In this document: positions 41,901 to 50,511 of the stretch, in pieces
Layout of the letters: each line of letters begins with the position of its first letter
Position numbering within the stretch: position 1 is the stretch's first letter
Assembly: GCF_964355755.1 (NCBI RefSeq)
Contig: NC_092672.1
Coordinates: 10,416,001 to 10,480,000, forward strand
From: Antedon mediterranea
Taxonomy: Eukaryota; Animalia; Echinodermata
Direction: 5' to 3'
DNA: 64,000 bases
The notes under the pieces: model-generated
What the model was told of the DNA's origin: nothing
What the model saw: only the letters and a program-made list of their open reading frames with translations
Database searches by the model: none
Translations under genes and position numbers: made by a program

Positions 41901-44013
41901 ATTGATGCACAATCACATTTTTTTAAAGTATTTTTGTAAGTCTGAAAAAAGGCTCAGAAAGATTGTTCATACCTGATTTTATATTCCCTGGATTTGATGT
42001 AGATATAAAATTACTGATGACATCGTCATTTGTTTGTAATACATTATTTTTTGGATATTTTTCATTTATTTTGTACGTTTCTAGGCTTAGCTTTAGTGAA
42101 GGTAAACAAACATTCTTAGCTGTGTATCATATCATGATGAGTACAACTACTAATTTCCCTATATGAAAGAACTAATGCACTGTATCTCATCTACTATGCC
42201 CCTATGATCCTCTAGGTCATGGGACAACCAGAACTAGTAACTTTATAGCTATAGGATTTACATGTTGGGGAAGTCAAACTTTGATTTTAAAGAACTTTTG
42301 GTCTCATACCATATATTAGGCATCTAAAGTATTTTGGAAACGAATGAACAATATTTATAAAAGGTATCTGAAATATTTGTTCTGTGTTTTTTTAATTGTA
42401 CAGTTAATGATGATATGCATCAAGGTGTCTGACATCTCAAATGAAGCACGACCGATGGATGTCTCTGACCCGTGGATAGATTGCTTACTAACGGAATTCT
42501 TCAACCAGGTGCTGTACTGCATGATATTCAATCAATACTAGTTATAAATTATTCTTGGCATCTCTATTGTATCACTGCACATTTATTGTATTTTACAACA
42601 TAGATGCATTAGAAAACGAGAAAATAAACTCTTTACAAAAATAATCAGATGAGTGGGTGAGGAGGGGGTGGTTTAATCGTTTAATGATACAAATTAAACA
42701 AAAATTAAATCTAATTGCTAAGGTATTTTTCCCTATATGTTTGTGTTAAGAAAATAGGCAATTCTAAACAGAGTATTCTGCCTTTGCATTATGTAATAAG
42801 CAATTTAAAATTATTCTACTGCCAGTGGCTATTTGTTTATTCTAAATCTAAATTATACAATTAGATATTTGGGGTAAATTACAGTGACTGGTTCTAACAT
42901 TGGTAAAACAAACTAAAATCATACATTAATGAGGAGAAACATAGTCACTGCAGTAGAATGATTTTGCCATGATTTCCAAATCCTTATTTGTATTCTTTTT
43001 ATTCTGAATACAGTAAATGATTATTTTCAATATTTTGCTGTTTACAATAGGGAGACATTGAGAAACTTCAAGGGCTACCAGTTGCCCCATTTATGGATCG
43101 TGAGAAAACAACGAAGCCCTCGTCACAAGTCGGGTTTATTGGATTTGTATTGTTACCCCTTTTTGAAACTTTAGCAGCTCTATTTCCGGTGCTTGATGTA
43201 AGTAAATAATATGTTTCTTTTTTTTAACCTTTAAAGATGTATTGCCCTAAAAAAAAAAAAAAATGAGGATTTAAAAAAAAAACTTTTAATAGGCCATTTT
43301 GCAGTTTCAATCAAGTTATTCACTTCTGTAAAAAAATAATAATTATTTCACTTATTTTTTTCTTTAATTTACATTTTTTCATGTAAATCATTTTTTTTTT
43401 TTTCGATCCAGCTTTTGCTGCAAGTATATGTGACATTAAAATGAAAACAAATTAAAAAAAAAACAAATATTTTTCATGGGGACAATATATCTTTAAATAG
43501 TGGTGTTGCTATAGCTTCTTTTCATCCAATATCAAACATAATTTTTATCACTAGTGATGTAGTTCATTGACACATGGTTTGATTTGATTTTATTTCCTTG
43601 AACCAATGATCTTAAATTCTGAGGTGATTTCAAAATGCCTACCATCTGAAATTCATATTAATGAAAACCAACTTTGCAACTTGTGGCCAGGTTATGTATG
43701 CAGACCATTTATCAAACAAATCATAAATGCCTGAGGTTGTAGGTAGTGTACTCTTAGTTTCAGAGACATTTTAATTTGATAAATTCTTATTAATGATGAA
43801 TTTGTTTTTCAATTTAAGGAACACATTGTTGAACCAGTAAGGAAAGCACTGAAATATTACACTGACATGGTGAAAGCATTAGAAGAAGAGAAGAAACGGA
43901 AGGAGGAACGACAAGAAAATGGAGAAAACATGGTAAAAAATGGAGAAACTACAAAAATGAGAAAACTTTCACAGACCAACGGTTCAGTAGCGAGCCAAGT
44001 AGAAGCTAAATAA
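5840..44013 (+). CDS. PDE9A: PDE9A-like high-affinity cGMP-specific phosphodiesterase gene (11 coding exons in window, 5' end not found)
   Basis: Eleven GT-AG exons join in phase into about 505 codons. They carry the class I PDE motifs [43 protein letters not shown] and SSQVGFI, which closely match PDE9. Confidence 0.93.
6403..6451 (+). CDS. PDE9A: PDE9-like small exon ([17 protein letters not shown])
   Basis: cttatag acceptor, gtaagt donor; phase 1-2 bridges the neighbouring exons exactly. Confidence 0.8.
6678..7003. mobile_element. PIF/Harbinger-type MITE, family A
   Basis: TIR AGCGTGGTTCCCACTAG / CTAGTGGGAACCACGCT with TAA target duplication. Confidence 0.85.
7079..7181 (+). CDS. PDE9A: PDE9-like exon, coiled-coil-like ([34 protein letters not shown])
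   Basis: catttag acceptor, gtaaga donor, phase 2-0. Confidence 0.85.
7648..7790 (+). CDS. PDE9A: PDE9-like exon ([13 protein letters not shown]...[11 protein letters not shown])
   Basis: ctttcag acceptor, gtaatt donor, phase 0-2, open frame. Confidence 0.85.
7808..7930 (+). mobile_element. Degenerate tRNA-derived SINE (same family as 8625 and 18817)
   Basis: Shares ggttaat...cctgacctagtgccagg.ttgtaactc with the other copies. Confidence 0.5.
8625..8720 (-). mobile_element. tRNA-derived SINE head
   Basis: Reverse complement gives A box tagcttggtgg and B box ggttcaatcc; homologous to 18817. Confidence 0.7.
10998..11132. mobile_element. MITE family B (Harbinger-like)
   Basis: TIR agctctgtct / agacagagct; four copies in the window. 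Confidence 0.75.
11527..11668 (+). CDS. PDE9A: PDE9-like exon, start of catalytic domain ([22 protein letters not shown]...)
   Basis: tttacag acceptor, gtgagt donor; matches PDE9A LRKPTFDVWLWEPNEML. Confidence 0.92.
13176..13465 (+). mobile_element. Full-length tRNA-derived SINE
   Basis: A box tggcgcagtg, B box ggtttgaatcc, central ccttaggcaag...ctccacccaagtgtatgaaatgggtacc, 3' agcgca..tgcgct stem and (tta)n tail. Confidence 0.8.
14159..14254 (+). CDS. PDE9A: PDE9-like exon ([32 protein letters not shown])
   Basis: ttttttag acceptor, gtaagt donor; PFHNxxH metal-binding/catalytic motif. Confidence 0.95.
14694..14840. mobile_element. MITE family B
   Basis: Same internal sequence and agacagagct end as 10998 and 38813. 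Confidence 0.75.
17689..18180 (+). mobile_element. Non-LTR retrotransposon RT fragment (RTE-X-like), decayed
   Basis: Translates [32 protein letters not shown]...KKS and [19 protein letters not shown]...RGNVLCRKF; YADD at 17728-17739. The clade assignment is from memory. Confidence 0.8.
17925..18038 (-). mobile_element. Short retroelement 3' tail inserted into the RT fragment
   Basis: Flanked by AGTAT direct repeat (17920-17924, 18039-18043); (tgaaa)-type tail on the minus strand; RT frame resumes after it. Confidence 0.65.
18817..18915 (+). mobile_element. tRNA-derived SINE head
   Basis: A-box-like tatcttggtgg, B box ggttcaatcc; no acceptor stem closure. Confidence 0.7.
19297..19712 (+). 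mobile_element. Penelope-like repeat with degenerate hammerhead motif and internal 6 x 47-bp array
   Basis: Homologous to 21991-22160; core reads TTGATGA...GACA; TA-rich flanks. Confidence 0.65.
19397..19684. repeat. 47-bp tandem repeat x6
   Basis: Unit ttttgctctccattgatatccagccactgatacccacagcattgtca, one copy with a 6-bp insertion. Confidence 0.95.
21991..22032 (+). ncRNA. Minimal type I hammerhead ribozyme motif (Penelope-type), 5' part of a ~170-bp repeat ending near 22160
   Basis: gca-CTGATGA-a-gggc(tagtgtt)gcct-GAAA-gc-TC-tgc: core boxes, stem II, palindromic AGCT stem III and short stem I. Confidence 0.65.
23748..24673. mobile_element. Non-autonomous TIR element, ~925 bp
   Basis: TIR acgcctgtattcttaaaccggactttagt / actaaagtccggtttaagaatacgggcgt in a TA/TWA context. 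Confidence 0.85.
25203..25373. mobile_element. Tc1/mariner (pogo/Tigger-like) MITE
   Basis: TA-CAGTCAACTCTCCCAATACC ... GGTATTGAGAGAATTGACTG inverted termini. Confidence 0.75.
25425..25547 (+). CDS. PDE9A: PDE9-like exon (MYGISWL...[15 protein letters not shown])
   Basis: tttacag acceptor, gtaagt donor; PDEase_I signature HDxDHxGxxN. Confidence 0.96.
25758..26058. repeat. Local direct duplication of ~125 bp
   Basis: 25758-25881 is nearly identical to 25932-26058. Confidence 0.9.
30628..32886. mobile_element. MITE family A copy split by a nested insertion
   Basis: TIRs at 30628 and 32886 with TTA duplication; halves are contiguous once 30709-32783 is removed. Confidence 0.88.
30709..32783. 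mobile_element. 2075-bp non-autonomous TIR transposon (hAT-like termini, 5-bp TSD)
   Basis: TIR CAGGCCCGTAT / ATACGGGCCTG flanked by TAGAC on both sides; internal ~300-bp tandem duplication; no transposase ORF. Confidence 0.85.
36612..37082. mobile_element. MITE with ~47-bp TIRs and AT duplication (ISL2EU-like)
   Basis: agagaggtttcgcaatcttacgaatacgataacgaaaacggatacgt and its near-perfect inverse at the right end; AT on both flanks. Confidence 0.85.
38813..38976. mobile_element. MITE family B
   Basis: agctctgtctacactatcaaac ... gtttgatagtgcagacataact. Confidence 0.8.
39677..39940 (+). CDS. PDE9A: PDE9-like exon ([21 protein letters not shown]...ILATDMARH...KHKDL)
   Basis: ttgcag acceptor, gtaagt donor; LENHH and LATDM motifs. 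Confidence 0.96.
39980..40765. repeat. 18-bp minisatellite (ctgaatagtggtgtcccc), roughly 40+ copies
   Basis: Directly visible array starting about 40 nt after a PDE9 donor site. Confidence 0.97.
42404..42508 (+). CDS. PDE9A: PDE9-like exon ([35 protein letters not shown])
   Basis: gtacag acceptor, weaker gtgctg donor; KxxDISNE motif. Confidence 0.93.
43051..43197 (+). CDS. PDE9A: PDE9-like exon ([39 protein letters not shown]...)
   Basis: caatag acceptor, gtaagt donor; invariant purine-binding Gln in QxGFI. Confidence 0.95.
43235..43492. mobile_element. TTAA-flanked MITE (Kolobok-like)
   Basis: TTAA-agatgtattgccc ... gggacaatatatct-TTAA; solo ends of the same family near 1695, 6005 and 54930. 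Confidence 0.7.
43819..44013 (+). CDS. PDE9A: PDE9-like last coding exon ([14 protein letters not shown]...SQVEAK*)
   Basis: tttaag acceptor, in frame to TAA at 44011-44013; terminal PDE helix followed by a charged tail. Confidence 0.88.
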   Translation, partial: EHIVEPVRKALKYYTDMVKALEEEKKRKEERQENGENMVKNGETTKMRKLSQTNGSVASQVEAK

Positions 44014-44329
44014 GAAAGTGCAAAAACAATCACGCATAGAGGGCAGTATTTGAATATTTCCTCTGACATTCAAAACTCGAGGCCATCTAGAAACGTATAT
44101 AAATTTGTATATATACTGTATATATAGTATAAAGTAAAGCTGTTTTAAGTATAAATAGATTTAAGAAGAATAATACCAAATATCAAGATTTGTGTACACA
44201 CTGTTGATGGTACAAATGTGTACATATGTATCTTGTTTACATGTGTCCAATTCAACACCATGTTAATTTCAGTTCAGTGAACCTCCCTGTGTGAACACCT
44301 ATCTAAGTAAACTCTTTTCTTAACACTAA

Positions 44330-44460
44330 AGCACTGTCTTCACTATCAAACATTATGTGACAACAAAATGTAATGTGCCGATATAAGGAGATGATGATGT
44401 CATATCACTACCATTTTTAGGCATATCACACTTTTGTTGTCAAGCTAGTTTGATAGTGTA
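44330..44460. mobile_element. MITE family B, probably in or near the PDE9 3' UTR
   Basis: agcactgtcttcactatcaaac ... gtttgatagtgta; about 320 nt after the stop codon. Confidence 0.7.
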
Positions 44461-45317
44461 GCTTAACATGCACTCGAATTGATTATAGCAGAGAACACTT
44501 TTGACTTTGTTTAGTTTTGTTAAATGTTTTGTCAATGAATACAATTTCTATAAATAACTGAAAATAATATAACTGGACCAACTGAACTTCTAGAATCTGC
44601 AATTAAATTTAGAAAAAACATAGTGAATAGAAAATTGAGGGGCACTCTGTGGAAGACTTAACATTGGCCCGAGAAATATCTGACATTGGCATGATAAAAC
44701 ATTCCTTTATCTTGTCCGAAAGGTTTCTGCTTACTGGTGGTTGAAAAATATGAACAACAACAAAAGGTTTCAAGGTTGAATCACCTAGAGTATATTTCCA
44801 ACCAATTTGTTATTCTTAATTCTGTCTTCTGAGATTCATGGTGACATATTATTTCATATTAACTTAAATAAAAGTTTATTTTATTTATGTATTTTTTGTA
44901 CATTTTATATAAAATGTACAAATAAATTAATTTTTATTGATGACTATCAAAATTGGCAGACAATAAATATGTCAATATTTTAGGTTTAGTATTCAATCAA
45001 GGAAGATGTCAAATGTGTTTAGCTCACATAATGTAAATAATATAAGTAGGGACACTTTAGTAAAGGTTAAACAGTTAAGTTTGCTTGAGGTGCTATATAA
45101 ATGAGAAAACAGTTGTACTTTGTCATAAAGTATGCTTTACTTTTAATGGAAACAATATTATATTCAAATCTTTTATTATTTCTCAGGTTATGTTTTCTGT
45201 GTAAATATATGTTTAGATTTGATCAGACAAGAATATTTAGGTTTACCTTACATTTTTTAAACAAGGGTTTTATTATTTTAAAATTTATATATAATTCAAA
45301 GATATTGTATTTAATAG

Positions 45318-46105
45318 TTTCAGCAACAAAGTAGTACCAGGCTGTTACAGCAAGAAATATTTCAAGATATTGTATTTCATAACAGTTTCAGCAAGAAAGT
45401 AGTTTCAGTTTCAGCAAGAAAAATCTAGATATTTCAGCAATAAATTAGTACCACTTTCAGCAAAAAAGATTTTAAGATATTGAATTTCATAACAGTTAGA
45501 GCAAGAAAATAATACCAGTTTTAGCATAGAGATATTATAGTGAACTATAATATCTATGGTTACAGCAAGAAAGGTTCCAAGGTATGCTATCTGTTATGAC
45601 TTATTGGGAAATATATCCTACCTAGGATTTAAATTATATTCTCAGATGTCATTAGACATGGTTCAGTTTTCTTTTTCTGTAATATTGCACTTTTGTTTTA
45701 CTTGGTATCAAACAAAAACAAACATTAGTCAGCAAGAAAGTACTAAAATCAGACTTGACAAGAAGACACATTTCAGCAAGAACGGTTCCAAGAACACCAA
45801 TTTCAGCAAGAATGGTTCCAAGAAGACCAATTTCAGCAAGAAAGGTTCCAAGAAGACCAATTTCAGCAAGAAAGGTTCCAAGAAAAAGCAATTTCAGCAA
45901 GAAAATTCAAAGAAGACCAATTTCAGCAAGAAAGGTTCCAAGGATACCAATTTCAGCAAGAAATGTTCCAATGAGACAAATTTCAGCAAGAAAATTCCAA
46001 GAAGACCAATTTCAGCAAGAAAGGTTCCAAGGAGACCAATTTCAGCAAGAAAGGTTACAAAAAGACCAATTTCAGCAAGAAAGGTTCCAAGATAACAATT
46101 CAGTA
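45318..46105. repeat. 30-bp tandem repeat (aatttcagcaagaaaggttccaagaagacc) with older degenerate copies upstream
   Basis: About 11 regular units at 45770-46105; tttcagcaag cores recur from 45318. Confidence 0.92.
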
Positions 46106-46426
46106 AGAATGATCCCAAACGCACCTAATTATGGCTGTGAGTCGGTGCATTATTCAATAAAGTTTTATTTATGACACTAAAAATTGTTGACCATTTTCAC
46201 ATACATGGGTATTTTTTAATGATATATTAAATAACACATGTTGCTCTTTTATACGTGAAATCAGGTATTGAGAGTAGTCATCACATTCTAGTTTTTATCA
46301 TGAATATTCAATAAATACGTCATTGCAAATACTATTAATATTGTTTTATGTTGCAATAAGTAAATCAAATAAACAGTTAGTACAGCTAATGTTAATAATG
46401 TATTGTTAATATAAAGATGTTGCTAC

Positions 46427-46680
46427 GTGAAGTTGTGGCTTGGTGGTTATGATGCTTGGCTACCACTCCAAGGGTCCTGGGTTCAAGTCCCGTCACATGT
46501 CAGGATTTTTTCTAATGACAAAATTACAACTCCACTCCCAAAGACTTGTAATAAGACTTTGTTTATGTAGAGCATCTTGTATATGTTTGTCTTGTGAACC
46601 TCTGAGGGTCCCTAATGGTCAGCAATTGCTTGATGGATCACCCTCTTTAAATATGGTTTTTAAAAAAATAAATAAATAAA
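46427..46680 (+). mobile_element. tRNA-derived SINE
   Basis: A box tggcttggtgg, B box ggttcaagtcc, (taaa)n tail. Confidence 0.75.
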
Positions 46681-48407
46681 AGGGTGTACATTTGTGTTTA
46701 AGGGTCAATTTGTCAAAACTATTTTTTAGTGTACCACCGATGTATGTAATAATGAATGAAGAAATGACCTCTATGACAATAAATCTACAAATTATGTTGT
46801 AATGTATGGATGATTAGAAATAATAATATATTTCTATATGAATCGTGTTTTTTTTTTTCGATATGGGCATTTAACAAGATGCGCTTTTTAAACGTTTATA
46901 AACTTGAACTTATGTACATTTTTACTCATTTTTTCTCTCATTTTTTTTAACTTTACTTTGCTGACTGTAGAATTAACCAGCAACAATGCCAAGTTTTCTT
47001 AAATGAATATTTGTCATAATTATCTAAGAATATTTATGGTTCTTTTTTCATTCATAGTCATATGAAACCTTGTGTGTCAATTTGGACTATTGTGCCAAAA
47101 TGAACATTTTTTTAACTCACTGATATGGTCAGAAAATATCTGAAATTTGAGATATTTCAAATACGTTTTGAATTAGATTTCACATTTTTTAAATGGTGTT
47201 ATCGAAATCGGATTTTTACGTTCGTATTTCGCATTTAAATCTTGGATGTGCAAACAAATTTTACTCTTTTTTATATACAACTCAAGGAAACAAGTAATGA
47301 ATATTTATGAGTACAATGGAAAATGAAATTTTGTAATATTTTTACTTGGCTTCGCCTCGAAAAAATATATCATAATTTCATCTTCCACCTCATGACATTA
47401 TTGTTCTATTGCACGAATATATATATTATTTGTTTTTTATTAAACGTTTATCAACGATTTCTATGAATATTTTAGGAATGAATTTAAAGAAAGATTCTAG
47501 TTTATAAAAAGTATAGATTTGATGAGTGTTTTTGTAGAATAAATTCAAAATGATTGAAATAAGTGTTCCTGTAAAAATTATTGTAAGTTAATTATTAACT
47601 GTACATATTTTAATATGGTGGTATAGCTGCATACATTTTATTTTACAATTTACGTTTGTAATTATAATTGCTTGTTTAATATTGTGAACAAGATATACTT
47701 CTCGTTCATGCCGTATTTTAACAATTGTAGAGTGTTATAACTTATTTTATTTTATAAAATCAATGGAAATTATTATAAATATAAGTGCAAAGGTATATTT
47801 TGGTATATACTATTTTATTTTATATCAAACGGCAAACAACATCGTCTGATTCTGTATGTCTTATAGTTAAAGATAGGGGTTCCTTTTCCGCCAACCTGTC
47901 CGCTACAGCATTCCTTGAACCCAACCCTGTTTGCCAAAATCACAGAATGATAACTTTACGGTATTTATTTGTGACCGTTTGTTAAAATAATAATTTATTA
48001 ATACTGTGTACCCATTTATAAACCGTTTATTAACTAGTGCTGCAAATTGTGTGGTTTTTTCAGGGAAGATTTTTCAATTTTTTAATATTTACGTTAGCTT
48101 ATACTAATAGCAAACGATATTTTAGTTAAACTGTTGTATCTATATACAATATTCGGGTTTAATTTAATTTTTTTTTATATGATCAAGTTTCATGGTGCTC
48201 TGGTTTTATTTAAATCATGAGCAATATAAGAAATATAGAACTATTTAATTGATTATTGGTACAGGATTCAGGATAATACTGTGTTTCGCGGCCAAGGGTT
48301 AACTAAATCATTTTCAATTTATTTAACATATAAGTAACGTTAATTATCCAAAATAGTGATACAGACGGAACGATCGCACTACGCAGCAGCAGTAGTACCA
48401 AAGATAA

Positions 48408-48558
48408 AGCTTGGTTCCCACTAGGACGCAACGCAAGGACGTAAGCGTAAGCGTATTTACCAATGACAAACGACAGTTCAAATAATCCATCGCTTGTAAT
48501 GTCAAATCACTTATGTTGCGTCAACGTTGTTATTTTGAGTCCTAGTGGGAACCAAGCT
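48408..48558. mobile_element. MITE family A
   Basis: TIR agcttggttcccactagga / tcctagtgggaaccaagct. Confidence 0.85.
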
Positions 48559-49369
48559 TTTAATGATAATGCTTAATGTTTGCGTGCGGTGTGATACCAC
48601 TCGCATCAACCCCATTTGACTTAATTACGGAATTGCAATTCACTATTGTATTCGTGCTCGCTTTCATTCATGTGTAAGGTTGTACAATAACCAGGGAGGT
48701 ATAAACATAATTATCTTTATACCTCCGTACCGTTTTAAGCATTTACACCTTGTTTTGTAGCAACCGTTCGCCGAACATTCTTATGTTTACAAACCCACCG
48801 TCAATAATTCCCCGCCCTCGCACTAGTGTAATTTAAGAAGACAGATGTTGTATTAAGTTATTAGAAAATAAAACTTTATTATTTTACATGCTATGTTGTG
48901 TTTGGTTATATCTGCAGTAACAGAGATGTTTTCACTGGTTGTACGTGACATGCACTAAGAAACACTGTTAGAGATTTACAAACATTTGTTGGAATAACTT
49001 CGGAATTTCACGCGAAGATCTTCACAAGAAGAATTAAAAACTCTCTTCGTTTGTGTTCAGAAGAGAATTTATATGCCATCGTATGTGTACGACATGGTTT
49101 GGTATGTCATGCGTCGTTATGCAAATCGGGTTATGCAGGACTGTGCAGTGGGAAGTTTTGTCAGTCGTTGGCCAGATTAAACATGATATAATATATTTCA
49201 AACAAATATTATTATTATGATGCCTATATGGGATTGTGGACAAAGGAGATTCCACCTACTGTGTACAAATTGATCCCATTTATTATTTGGCCTACTGCTG
49301 TACATTTAGGCGGTGTTTCCCGATGGCAAATGTTTCGTTTAGAGGCCTGTGTTGCCTAATCAAAAATAT

Positions 49370-50135
49370 AGCTGGGGTATTGAAGATGTAAGGAAATGGA
49401 TGTGTGTTAACAAGCTAAAATTAAATGACTCTAAAACTGAATTAGTAATCTTATGTCCATCGAGGTGTAAGTTTGATAGGACAAATATTGAAATTAAGGT
49501 GGGTGAACTCATTATAAATTCCAACAAATCTGCTCGCAATCTCGGGGTTGTATTTGATGAAGGACTACTTAACATGACTGCCCATGTTAGTTCAATCTGC
49601 CGTAGTGTTAACAACTGTCTTCGAGGACTAGGGAAAATTCGCAAATACATTGATGTGAATACATGTGCTCATTCTGTCCGTTCTCTTGTATTGACCAGGC
49701 TTGACTATTTTTGAATTCTCTCCTTGGCGGCGTCACTAAAGATAACATTAATCGTTTACAGAAACTTCTGAATCGTTCGGCAAGATTGGTTTACAGTGTA
49801 CCACGGCGTACTCATACTAGCCCGTTTCTGAAAGAATTGCATTGGTTGCCAGCCAGTTGAACAAAGGGTTAAGTTTAAAATTTTAGTTCAAGTTTATAAT
49901 TGCGTAAATGGTCAAGCACCGGTTTACATGTGTGACTTAATTAGTAGGTACAAGTGTCAAAGAGCAGGTTTAAGGTCAGAACACGATCCGACTGAACTCA
50001 ATGTTTCTCGTGTTCACCGATCATCTGGTGAACATTCATTTTCAAAGCTAGGCTAGGCCCAGACCTTTGGAATAACCTTTCAAGCACAATTCGTGACTCA
50101 TCTTCAATTATAATTTTCAAAAAACTCTAAATTGA
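49370..50135 (+). mobile_element. 5'-truncated L2/CR1-group LINE ORF2 remnant
   Basis: WMCVNKLKLNDSKTE, ARNLGVVFD, LTRLDY, LKELHWLP and GPDLWNNL motifs, with frameshifts. Confidence 0.9.
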
Positions 50136-50511
50136 AATGTTATGTTATGTATGCGGAATGAGATGGGGCGGGGTGCTGGGCCTAAATTTTAACATTCTAA
50201 CTTAACCTAATCTTTTGCATGGCAGTTTTTTTGGAAATCTGCCTCTATGCAAGACTAGGCTTGTCCTACATTAAACATCTTGAGAAATACCGCGACGCCA
50301 TTATTACAGTTATAAGTGACGAGGGGTAGTCACAGATAAGTCAAATATCTAGTAAATATAGAGTTAGTATCGAGTACGTACAGTGCACTAGATGTGATAT
50401 AAGAATTACGACGAAGAGCTTCGTCTCCTCCGCATCTGATCCTCTCATCATTAATAATTTCAAATTTCCCGCTATTTGGTCGGTGACCGTTTTTCATACG
50501 GTGAGACTAAA

